64,000 nucleotides of DNA from an uncultured Bacteriovoracaceae bacterium. GTDB lineage: Bacteria > Bdellovibrionota > UBA2428. Below are positions 54,753 through 63,044 of this stretch, in pieces. Position numbers and translations under genes: made by a program. Where the stretch lies: NCBI GenBank assembly GCA_964477895.1, contig CAYZFQ010000002.1, positions 278,851-342,850 on the forward strand. Reading direction: 5' to 3'. The notes beneath the pieces were generated by a model. It had not been told where the DNA came from and made no database searches. It saw only the letters and a list, made by a program, of their open reading frames with translations. Positions within the stretch are counted from its first letter, which is position 1, and each line of letters starts with the position of its first letter.

Positions 54753-55421
54753 GTGCAAATCCAATCCTTTATCGTTTTTGAGGATGCCCACCTTTTGGTC
54801 ATCAATAAGCCTGCCGGCCTACTGAGTCAGGGTGAAGAAAAGGGAGACGAGAACCTGGTGGACCTCCTGAGGGTCTACCTGGGACGCAATTATGTGGGCC
54901 TGGTGCACCGCCTTGATCGAAATACTTCTGGCCTTATGGTGGTGGCCAAAAGGTCGAAGTCGGCCGAGCGCCTCACTGAGGCTCTTAAGGCCGGAGAACT
55001 AAAACGGGGCTACCTGGCCTTGGTGATGGGCCACTTAAAAGCCCCCGAACTTTTGTGGCGCCATGAACTTTTAAAAGACGACAAAAACAATCGGGTGCGG
55101 GTGGTCCATTCGGGCGGGAAAAGTGCGATCCTTAAGATATATCTCATTCAAAAGCTCCAGTTTAAAACGGAGCCTCTAAGTTTGGTGCGTTTGGAGCTGG
55201 AAACGGGCCGATCCCACCAAATACGGGTGCAGTCAGCCTTTGAGGGCCATCCCTTAGTTGGCGATTTTAAATACGGACAAAAGCTGCTGCCGGATATCTT
55301 TAAAGAGTTCCCGCGTCCCGCATTGCACTCGGCTGAACTCAAGTTCCCCCATCCCATGACAAAAGAGATTCTTCACTTTGAAAGTGCCTTGCCAGACGAT
55401 ATGAAAAGCTTCGCGAAATAA
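54753..55421 (+). CDS. RluA-family pseudouridine synthase
   Basis: The catalytic motif HRLDRNTSGLMVVAKR and the motif HQIRVQ are present. The start codon is GTG. Confidence 0.88.
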   Translation: MQIQSFIVFEDAHLLVINKPAGLLSQGEEKGDENLVDLLRVYLGRNYVGLVHRLDRNTSGLMVVAKRSKSAERLTEALKAGELKRGYLALVMGHLKAPELLWRHELLKDDKNNRVRVVHSGGKSAILKIYLIQKLQFKTEPLSLVRLELETGRSHQIRVQSAFEGHPLVGDFKYGQKLLPDIFKEFPRPALHSAELKFPHPMTKEILHFESALPDDMKSFAK

Positions 55422-56272
55422 TGATGGACTATGAAATCCTCGATAGCGGCGCAGGCCGCAAACTAGAACGCGTCGGCGACTGGCTCATTGAACGCCAGTG
55501 CGCCGTAGCCTTCTGGCCCCCCTCCCTTTCGCCTCAGGAATGGAAAATGGCCCACGCCCACCACCAGAGATCTGAGAAAGGGGGCGGCCACTGGGATTTT
55601 AAGACTAAGATTCCTGAGTCTTGGGTCATTCAGTACGGTGGACTTAAGTTAAAAATCAAACTCACCGCCTTTGGACATTTCGGATTTTTCGCGGAGCAAA
55701 TCGGAGAGTGGGAGTGGTTTCGCCACTTCATATCAAAGGCCCCGAAAGCTCCCGGAGAACTTAAGATTTTAAATCTCTTTGGTTACACAGGATCCTCCAC
55801 GCTCAGCTGCGCTTTGGCAGGGGCCCAAGTCACTCACGTCGATGCGGCCAAAGGAGTTGTGGATTGGGGACGGGAAAACGCCGCACTCAATGACATAACC
55901 GATGGAAAGATTCGGTGGATTGTAGAAGACGCCATGAGTTTTTTAAAACGCGAAGCCCGGCGTGGGAATCGCTACGATGCCGTGATACTCGATCCCCCAA
56001 GTTTTGGCCGAGGGCCTAAAAAAGAGCTTTTTAAAATTGAAGACGACATCAATGAACTGTTGGACGATGTTTTTGCCGTCCTCTCGGAGAAGCCACTTTT
56101 TGTACATCTCAGTTGCCACACTCCGGGCTTTAGCCCGCAGGTTTTAGAAAACTTGTTGGGTCCCCGCTGTTCCCAATGGAGTACGGGTCACGAAAGTGGC
56201 GAACTCTTGGTAATGGAAAAAAGCGGACGAAAAATTCCTTCAGGGAATTTTTGCCGCTTTTTTAGAAGCTAA
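55421..56272 (+). CDS. Class I SAM-dependent methyltransferase (RlmI C-terminal-like)
   Basis: ILNLFGYTGSSTLSCALAG, THVDAAK and YDAVILDPPSFGRGPK are present. A TAATG overlap links it to the upstream gene. Confidence 0.78.
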   Translation: MMDYEILDSGAGRKLERVGDWLIERQCAVAFWPPSLSPQEWKMAHAHHQRSEKGGGHWDFKTKIPESWVIQYGGLKLKIKLTAFGHFGFFAEQIGEWEWFRHFISKAPKAPGELKILNLFGYTGSSTLSCALAGAQVTHVDAAKGVVDWGRENAALNDITDGKIRWIVEDAMSFLKREARRGNRYDAVILDPPSFGRGPKKELFKIEDDINELLDDVFAVLSEKPLFVHLSCHTPGFSPQVLENLLGPRCSQWSTGHESGELLVMEKSGRKIPSGNFCRFFRS

Positions 56273-57264
56273 AGATAAACTTCTTGGTTCAAATACCAGT
56301 CGACAGGAAAGCCGGCCGAACCCTTAAAAAGTAATTTCTGATAACCGTCCTTATCTGTGACCGGATTGGCGTCCGAAGGGTCGGGTCGGACGGCATCGGG
56401 GCCTTCGGCCCCGGGGGCACCATCGGGGGTTGCTGCACTTTTACGCGCTTTGTAGGCTTCCACAAGCGCCGCAATATAGGCGTTCGAGTTGGGCTGAGTG
56501 AAGCCTTGGACTTGAGAAATCGCTAACCTCATGTCGGAAAGTGAGTAGCGATCCATAACAATCAACTTATGCTCTAAAAGCGCATCTGATAAAATGTTGC
56601 TCAACTGACTGCTAAGTTTAGAATAGGTTTCATAAAACAAAGTCCACTTCACAAAGGCGGCTGGACTCGCATTCGACTGAATAATCTCACTTCGAATTTC
56701 GGCAAAATCCGCTTTCACCGCAGCCTCTAATTCGTCGACGACTCTTTTTTGAACCGCCACATCTTTTCCTCCGGAAAGAGCTAAGGGAGCAATAAAATCC
56801 GCCGACACGCGGGTCAGCGCGCTTTGAGCAGCCTTGGCATAAACGGGATCTTCAATCAAAGCCTTATTGGAACTTACAAAATTCTGATAGTCGGCCAACC
56901 TTTCGGGTTGCCGAGCTTTAAACTCAGCTTCTAAGTCTACCTGTAGCTTTCGCAAAGGCTCCGCCACCAATTCTTGAAGCTTCACGGTCTCTCCGGTTTT
57001 TGTGTTGGCCAAATAAAGCTCAAGAAAGCTTAGGGACTCATTTACAGATTTTCGAACGAGCTCCTGGGCAACAGCATAGTGCGCTTGCTCGGCACTTCGA
57101 TCTCGATTGCTAACAAAGCGTGACTGTAAGACATCTCCCACTTGCAGAAGCTGTCGAGCCCGCTCCTCGAGTTCAGGACTTACGGTAATTTCTATGCGCG
57201 ATGAAGCCTGGGCCACTGCGGACATGAGGAGAAGGGTGAAGGCGAAGCCACGTTTTTGCATCAT
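56269..57264 (-). CDS. Secreted helical hypothetical protein
   Basis: The start is set at MMQKRGFAFTLLLMSAVAQA (signal peptide); the ORF extends to 57300. No family recognised. Confidence 0.55.
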   Translation of the reverse strand: MMQKRGFAFTLLLMSAVAQASSRIEITVSPELEERARQLLQVGDVLQSRFVSNRDRSAEQAHYAVAQELVRKSVNESLSFLELYLANTKTGETVKLQELVAEPLRKLQVDLEAEFKARQPERLADYQNFVSSNKALIEDPVYAKAAQSALTRVSADFIAPLALSGGKDVAVQKRVVDELEAAVKADFAEIRSEIIQSNASPAAFVKWTLFYETYSKLSSQLSNILSDALLEHKLIVMDRYSLSDMRLAISQVQGFTQPNSNAYIAALVEAYKARKSAATPDGAPGAEGPDAVRPDPSDANPVTDKDGYQKLLFKGSAGFPVDWYLNQEVYL

Positions 57265-57358
57265 GGGAATGAAAGTGTGTTTTGCAAAATTAAATGTCAA
57301 CGAATCAAGTCTTAACGAAAGGCGAATTAAGTTTCATTGATCTTAGGATTGTTAGAGT

Positions 57359-58771
57359 TTGGGGCCGGTGAAGGTTTTAAGTAGAACAGGACGTGGGTTA
57401 AAAGTTTTTCTGTCAGGAGCCTCGATTCTAAGCTTGGCTTACCCAGCTGCTGCCATCACCCATCTAAGAGCCGGAGACCAACGCTTGCACTGCCGGGTCT
57501 CTTTAATGGTGGCAAATCCTGCCCCTACCCCGGCATTTTCCGAACGCGTCTTTTGGACTCCCGCCTCTGCCAGTGAACGACTGAACTGGCTTCCCCTAGC
57601 CTTTCGTCCCGTGGGTGAAGTGCAGTCCTTCCTCGAGGAGTCCCGAAGCTTTCGACATCTTGTGACCTCCTATCTCTCTATTTTTTCGGCAAGCTCCTTG
57701 AACGCAAGATCCCCCTCGTCCGACATTTACCGAGCCCTCATTGAGAACTTAGAAAATAATGGAAATCCCCGCATTCAAACAGCCCACAAAATCTCGGAAT
57801 ATCTCAATTTACTAATTTATAAATTTACAAAGGTACATCCCGACCAAAGTCAAAACTTTGCTAAAGCAAAGTTCGAGGGTCATGTGGGCCGATTTGTGGA
57901 AAGCTACCTTCGTCTCCAACTCACCAACAATGAAAGTTTTGCGCGTACCAAGGGCTGGGCCTTGGCCGACGCCGATAAAATCCCGCCTCGACTACAGCCC
58001 GAAAAACTTACCCGTATCAGCCTTTTTAGCACCCAGAGTGACGACGTCCTTACTCCTAATGCTCCCACGCGAGCACCCCTGCTTTTTGAGGGGGACCTCT
58101 TTCGAGATTCCTTCCGTCTTAAGTTAGGGCGCCTGGAGCGACTCCTCGCCAATGCCGAAGGCCTGGCCTCTGAAATCATACCCCTAGCCACCGTGCACTT
58201 TGAAAAAGACATCTCTCCCAATGCCGAGGAAGTTCTAAAAAGCGAAATACAGAAACTGCTGGAAGTGGAGGGTGATTGGTCGGATGTCCAAAAGTTCCAT
58301 CAGTCCCTTAGCCTCAGCAAAATGGAAAACTGGCAACTCAACGCCCAACTTCAAAAATGGCGAGTCATCCTTTTTCGAAAACTTCGTGCCAAAACGATGG
58401 AGCTTATCGGGGATCTGAGCCAAATCTCTCAGATCCTTCATGAAGAATACCATCGAGTGGTCCTCGAAATTCCCGAGGCAGAAGCCGAGGAACTTAGCGG
58501 GATAAAAGTTGCAGCCCCGCTGGTGATGCCCATCCCTGAGGTCGAACGCGAACGCTTAGTCTACATCGCTCGCTATCGCATTTTGCCCCTGATTTTGGAA
58601 TTGCAAAGCGCGGAACTACCCATGGAAAAGATGCGTAAAACCTTTGGCCTTAGCTTGGAGAACGAAATTAAACTCTTCATAGACCTGAGACGTATTCGAG
58701 AGCTGGGGGACATGGCTCCTAGTTACCAACTCACGGCCACGCCAGAGGCGGGAAAAATCATCTCTCCCTAG
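57359..58771 (+). CDS. Hypothetical protein
   Basis: 470-aa ORF with a non-ATG start (TTG at 57359 or GTG at 57368). It has a possible signal segment FLSGASILSLAYPAAA and is helix-rich. No family recognised. Confidence 0.55.
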   Translation: MGPVKVLSRTGRGLKVFLSGASILSLAYPAAAITHLRAGDQRLHCRVSLMVANPAPTPAFSERVFWTPASASERLNWLPLAFRPVGEVQSFLEESRSFRHLVTSYLSIFSASSLNARSPSSDIYRALIENLENNGNPRIQTAHKISEYLNLLIYKFTKVHPDQSQNFAKAKFEGHVGRFVESYLRLQLTNNESFARTKGWALADADKIPPRLQPEKLTRISLFSTQSDDVLTPNAPTRAPLLFEGDLFRDSFRLKLGRLERLLANAEGLASEIIPLATVHFEKDISPNAEEVLKSEIQKLLEVEGDWSDVQKFHQSLSLSKMENWQLNAQLQKWRVILFRKLRAKTMELIGDLSQISQILHEEYHRVVLEIPEAEAEELSGIKVAAPLVMPIPEVERERLVYIARYRILPLILELQSAELPMEKMRKTFGLSLENEIKLFIDLRRIRELGDMAPSYQLTATPEAGKIISP

Positions 58772-58862
58772 ACGGGCGAAGTTAACAGCCCGCGCCAAGC
58801 CTTCACGTGTTTTCATTTTTCGCCTCCTTGCCAGCCTTGAGGCTTTCGGTCACCCTGTTGCC

Positions 58863-59564
58863 ATGACGGTGCGGCGCCGACCCGAACACAGCCCTTTGCG
58901 CTTTTTTATGAGCACCTTTTCAGCCCAGCTCCACGCCTTTGGCGCCCTGCTGATGGGACTTGGGGCCTTCCTTTTGCTTCCCGAAGTTTATCCGGCGGGA
59001 CCTATGGCTTTTTTTTGCTGCCTGGCTTTTTTGGTCTCTGGATTTTTTGTTTTTACCGCGAGTGCAGTTTATCACTTTCTCTCGGATGGATTTGAAGCCT
59101 CTCCCCGGGTCACACTTCTCTTAGACCGTCTGGACCACTCAGGAATTTATTTATTTATTGCGGGAACCTACACACCCTTTTTATTTGCGGCGATATCAGA
59201 GCCTTGGAAAACCCCCCTACTTATTTCGGTGTGGGCCATGGCCGTTGTCGGCATGCTCTACACTTGGTTCAAATACAAATTGCCTCCGCGCTTTCAAAGC
59301 CGAATTTTTTCCACTTCGGTTTTTTTAGTGATGGGCTGGATTTTGGTGATTCGTATCGGTGAAATTGTAAAGAGCATCAGCACTGAACAACTCGGGCTTT
59401 TGCTAGGAGGTGCCGCCGTTTATTCCGGGGGTGCTGTGATTTATGCCTTGAAGCGACCCAAACTTTTTGAGGGCATCTTTGGCTTCCATGAACTCTGGCA
59501 CCTCTGCGTTTTAGCGGGTGCTGCCTTACATTTTGCTCTTATCTACTCGTTTTTTAGAGCTTAA
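58863..59564 (+). CDS. Hemolysin III / PAQR-family membrane protein
   Basis: Seven TM helices are predicted. The motifs are SAVYHFLSDG, LDHSGIYLFIAGTYTPF and FHELWHL. Confidence 0.85.
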   Translation: MTVRRRPEHSPLRFFMSTFSAQLHAFGALLMGLGAFLLLPEVYPAGPMAFFCCLAFLVSGFFVFTASAVYHFLSDGFEASPRVTLLLDRLDHSGIYLFIAGTYTPFLFAAISEPWKTPLLISVWAMAVVGMLYTWFKYKLPPRFQSRIFSTSVFLVMGWILVIRIGEIVKSISTEQLGLLLGGAAVYSGGAVIYALKRPKLFEGIFGFHELWHLCVLAGAALHFALIYSFFRA

Positions 59565-59582
59565 TTTACTTTTTAGCCCCCA

Positions 59583-59610
59583 TTAAGTTCTCTCTTTCCC
59601 GTGCCGATAC
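59583..59610 (+). promoter_or_regulatory. Sigma-28 (FliA)-like promoter candidate
   Basis: TTAAGTTC-N12-GCCGATAC compared with consensus TAAAGTTT-N11-GCCGATAA. It ends only 9 nt before the ATG at 59620 (18 nt before the ATG at 59629). Confidence 0.25.
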
Positions 59611-59619
59611 GTAACTCTG

Positions 59620-60381
59620 ATGAGTCGAATGTACATCCGTCTACTCTTAGTTGCCTCCCTGGTGATTGCTGTGACGGGTGCCGCATTTTCGATTTTCGGA
59701 TTGGCGCAACTCTTCGCGGGCGCCGCTCTTTCTGTGATGTTTATGGCGGCGGCCCTAGAGTTTGCCAAGCTTGTGGTCACGGGCTTTCTTTATCGTTACT
59801 GGGGCCACGTGAATCGGATTTTACGCGTGTACCTTAGCTTTGCCGTGGTCACACTGGTGCTCATTACCAGCGTGGGAATTTTTGGCTATCTCTCTAACGC
59901 CTTTCAAAAATCCTCCTTCTACCTTCGCACCCAACAGCTTCAACTCAGCACACTAGATGCCGAGAACCAGCGCTACCAAGGACAGATTGCGGAAATGCGC
60001 CGCTTTATCGACGAAATTCCTCGCAACCGCGTGAGCCGAAAATTCGAATATGAAAAGCGCTACGCTCCCCAAATTGCCCAGCTCCAAGCGGCATCGGTAA
60101 AAGTGCTGAAGGAAGCCGACAAAGTTAAAATGGAAATGCTTCATACCCAGAGTAAAATTGGACCGGTGATTTTTTTAGCCGAAGCCTTAGGCATGCCGAT
60201 TGAGACGGTAGTGAAATATCTTATTTTGGTATTTGTCCTTGTCTTTGATCCCCTGGCTGTATCACTCGTATTTTGCTTGAATCTTGCCATTCGCCTCCGC
60301 GAGAAATACCGCGGCAATGAATCTAAAATATCTTCCAACGCTTTAAGTAGCCCCGTAGATCATCGAAAAAAAGCAGCCTAG
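59620..60381 (+). CDS. Membrane protein with a central coiled coil
   Basis: 253 aa with three N-terminal TM helices, a coiled-coil segment of about 80 aa (QQLQLSTLDAENQRYQGQIAEMRR...) and a C-terminal TM hairpin. Confidence 0.55.
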   Translation: MSRMYIRLLLVASLVIAVTGAAFSIFGLAQLFAGAALSVMFMAAALEFAKLVVTGFLYRYWGHVNRILRVYLSFAVVTLVLITSVGIFGYLSNAFQKSSFYLRTQQLQLSTLDAENQRYQGQIAEMRRFIDEIPRNRVSRKFEYEKRYAPQIAQLQAASVKVLKEADKVKMEMLHTQSKIGPVIFLAEALGMPIETVVKYLILVFVLVFDPLAVSLVFCLNLAIRLREKYRGNESKISSNALSSPVDHRKKAA

Positions 60382-60424
60382 TTTAGTCGGTGCTTTCCCT
60401 ATGCCTCGGTGATAAAATTGCGGG

Positions 60425-60817
60425 ATGTTCATTCCAAAGTGGCGTTTGACCATTAGTAGCGCACGCTCTAGTGGCCCCGGCGGCCAAAATGTAAATAAAA
60501 CCGAAACTAAAATCGAACTGCGTTTTGTTTTAGACGAGGCCGACTGGATACCCGAGGCTGTGCGGCGGCGCTTCGCCGTGGCGCAAGCCAATCGGATTAA
60601 TAAAGCAGGGGAGTTTATACTCAGCTGCGAACAGCACCGATCCCAGGGTCAGAATCTGAGGGAGGCCCTGGAGATCCTAAGCCGCCTGCTAGACCAGGTA
60701 GCCCATCCCCCGAAGAAGCGCATTAAAACCAAGGCCACCAAAGGCTCTCAACGCCGCAGACTCGATTCTAAGAGCCTACATGGAGCCAAGAAACGCAGCC
60801 GGCGGGGGGAGGAGTGA
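60425..60817 (+). CDS. arfB: Alternative ribosome-rescue factor ArfB (peptidyl-tRNA hydrolase, GGQ domain)
   Basis: 130 aa with SSGPGGQNVNKTETKIELRF and a Lys/Arg-rich C-terminal tail. Confidence 0.88.
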   Translation: MFIPKWRLTISSARSSGPGGQNVNKTETKIELRFVLDEADWIPEAVRRRFAVAQANRINKAGEFILSCEQHRSQGQNLREALEILSRLLDQVAHPPKKRIKTKATKGSQRRRLDSKSLHGAKKRSRRGEE

Positions 60818-60821
60818 ATCC

Positions 60822-60986
60822 TAACTGTGCGCGCTTAAGTGGAGCTGACCATAGCCAAGTGCCTGATATTTAGGACTTTTCATCTTTTACCAACTGATTT
60901 CAAGAAGTATTTGCTTAAATTTAATTAAAATCAAACACTTAAACATCTTAAAAAGCTTTCCAGATCCAATTTAGAGCGCACAGTTG
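60822..60986. repeat. Inverted-repeat element, family E, copy 2
   Basis: TAACTGTGCGCGCTTAAGTGGA (60822-60843) and CCAATTTAGAGCGCACAGTTG (60966-60986) are reverse complements with 4 mismatches. The spacer is 122 nt and AT-rich. The element starts 4 nt after the arfB stop. Confidence 0.7.
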
Positions 60987-61005
60987 TTGTCGAAAGTTTA
61001 GACAG
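60987..61005. promoter_or_regulatory. 19-bp palindrome-family site (candidate UAS)
   Basis: TTGTCGAAAGTTTAGACAG matches CTGTCTAAAGTTTAGACAG at 17 of 19 positions and shares the exact 13-mer AAAGTTTAGACAG with 374-386. It lies 56 nt upstream of the promoter at 61062-61077. Confidence 0.5.
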
Positions 61006-61061
61006 GAATAAGTCCAGCATACATTCTGAAGCCCCAAATCCTTAAATAGGGCATGCCTAAG

Positions 61062-61077
61062 CGGCCCAATCTTTGCA
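61062..61077 (+). promoter_or_regulatory. Sigma-54 (-24/-12) type promoter
   Basis: CGGCCCAATCTTTGCA has exact GG-N10-GC spacing and a perfect TTGCA, but the -24 element is weaker. It ends 24 nt before the ATG at 61102. Confidence 0.45.
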
Positions 61078-61101
61078 ACTACCCTTGGTATGAGAGGGGT
61101 T

Positions 61102-62439
61102 ATGCAAAAGAGACATCTGTTGTTATCTCTATTGGCATTCGTGGGGCTATGCGCCGTTGAAGCCATCGCGGCTCGGCAACATAACGAAGTTCGCAAAACA
61201 AGCAATCCCTCTGCTTCCGCGCCTAAGAACTACCTACAATTGGAAAAACTTTGTCCTCCTCAGGCCAGCTGGAAGATGACAATTGGGGTCCTAAGTAACG
61301 TTATTCAAGCTAATGAAATGCGTCGTGCACACCCCACCCTCAATCAGTTTTCCGACGAATTAAAGACCCTTCTTGTTAAGGAAATGGCAGACGCTAAAGC
61401 AAGCACCTACAAAATCGTCCCTGGTGATATTGAAATATTACCTTCGAAATTGCCCAACTTGGTGCAACTCGAAGTCGACTTGCCCCAATCTCCGCAAAAA
61501 CTTCACATGGCCTACTATGTAAATCCCAATAGCGGTGAATACACAATTTTGCCACGAGTGGCGGCCGACGATAATTCCATTCCTCGCCCCTTCTGCAATG
61601 TGGAAAATCAAAAAGACGTTTTAGCTGATCGAAAAGTAGAGACCAGCCCCAAGCGCAGCTCGAGTCCCGGCCGAAAGGAATTTTTCACCCCCACAGAATC
61701 ACCTTCGAAAACCGAGGAAGTTAAAACTGCAAAAGTTCCAGAAACGAAATCTAAAGTTGTGGTTCCCACGAAAGCGATTGCCACACGTATCATGGCCTCT
61801 TCAGCGCACCAAGATTACCAAGAAAAATCTCCACAACCAGAAGTGCTGGTAAAAAGTGATTCAAAGTCTAAAAAAGTAGCCCCTAAGATGGCAGCCACGC
61901 CCGCAAAAGAAAAGTCCAAAATTAGTACTAAGACAGAGGTTCCCAAGGTAGAAAAATCTTTAGTCGCCAAAGGCTCAAGTCAATCCGCTTCCCGAAATAG
62001 TGACGTCCGAGTCGCACGCACTGTGGATAGCAACGAAATAAATCGCCGATTTAAAGGAACAAAGCTGGCTGGCCAGGGCGAAGAAATCATACGCCTCGCC
62101 CAACAAAATGGTATCGACCCCGCTTTCTTTGCCGCTGTTATTGCATTCGAGACCGGCTGGGGCACCAACAAAGCCTTGCGCAACTACAACAATCCCGGCG
62201 GCCTGATGCAGGCTTCAAATTCAAAACGCCACCAGCAATTTGGAAGCGTTAAACAAGGCCTAGCGGCCATGGCGGAATATTTAAAAAACCGTTACGTTGA
62301 TCGAGGTCTTGTGACGGTGGCTTCTATTGCACGAGTCTACTGCCCACCCGGAGCCAGCAATGATCCTAAAAACACCAACTCCCAGTGGCCGGGCACTGTT
62401 GCCGACATCATGAACCGAATTATTCGCTCATCAATATAG
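61102..62439 (+). CDS. Secreted protein with a Lys/Pro/Ser-rich linker and a C-terminal glucosaminidase (FlgJ-like) domain
   Basis: The start is set at MQKRHLLLSLLAFVGLCAVEA (the ORF begins at 61090). The C-terminus DPAFFAAVIAFETGWGTNKALRNYNNPGGLM is paralogous to 3440..4006. Confidence 0.72.
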   Translation: MQKRHLLLSLLAFVGLCAVEAIAARQHNEVRKTSNPSASAPKNYLQLEKLCPPQASWKMTIGVLSNVIQANEMRRAHPTLNQFSDELKTLLVKEMADAKASTYKIVPGDIEILPSKLPNLVQLEVDLPQSPQKLHMAYYVNPNSGEYTILPRVAADDNSIPRPFCNVENQKDVLADRKVETSPKRSSSPGRKEFFTPTESPSKTEEVKTAKVPETKSKVVVPTKAIATRIMASSAHQDYQEKSPQPEVLVKSDSKSKKVAPKMAATPAKEKSKISTKTEVPKVEKSLVAKGSSQSASRNSDVRVARTVDSNEINRRFKGTKLAGQGEEIIRLAQQNGIDPAFFAAVIAFETGWGTNKALRNYNNPGGLMQASNSKRHQQFGSVKQGLAAMAEYLKNRYVDRGLVTVASIARVYCPPGASNDPKNTNSQWPGTVADIMNRIIRSSI

Positions 62440-62450
62440 TTGTGAAATAT

Positions 62451-63044
62451 ATGAAAAACCTATGGATCATGGCACTGATTTGTATTCTTGGAATCCAAAG
62501 TTCTCCTCGCGCCGAAGTCCCAACAGAAAGCCCTCCTCGTGAAAATTCCTACATCGTTGAGGCTGGTAAATCCAAAATCTTTATTCTTGTGGATTCATCT
62601 GCTGAACTTGTCAAACTCACTGAAATCTTGGGCAACCCCTTTGTGCTTCCACGCACCGACATCGAAATTGATGAATATGCTCACTATCCAACACTTAAGC
62701 CCACGGCTCAACTGGCCTCTCTAGTAGCCGACTTGCGACTCACCATCGAAGAATTCGACTCCGAAATTAGCGAGGGCTCCAAAAATCCCGCAGTTTCAGC
62801 CGACACCGTAATGAACAACATGGCAAAAACGACTCAAGTAAAAATATTGCGTGAGATAATTGCCACCAACATTGCCGCAGAACTTTTCAAAGCCAATCCG
62901 CAAATTAAAATGAGCGCATTGAAAGCCAAGATCTTAGACCAATATTTCATCGACCTGCCCCCCGCACGCCTTGAAAAATTTTATACTCGCAAAAAGACTC
63001 CAAAGACGGAAACTAAACCTGCGATGACTCAGCCAGCGCTTTAA
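62451..63044 (+). CDS. Secreted hypothetical protein
   Basis: The start is set at MKNLWIMALICILGIQSSPRA, 11 nt after the preceding stop. It is probably co-transcribed with 61102..62439. Confidence 0.5.
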   Translation: MKNLWIMALICILGIQSSPRAEVPTESPPRENSYIVEAGKSKIFILVDSSAELVKLTEILGNPFVLPRTDIEIDEYAHYPTLKPTAQLASLVADLRLTIEEFDSEISEGSKNPAVSADTVMNNMAKTTQVKILREIIATNIAAELFKANPQIKMSALKAKILDQYFIDLPPARLEKFYTRKKTPKTETKPAMTQPAL

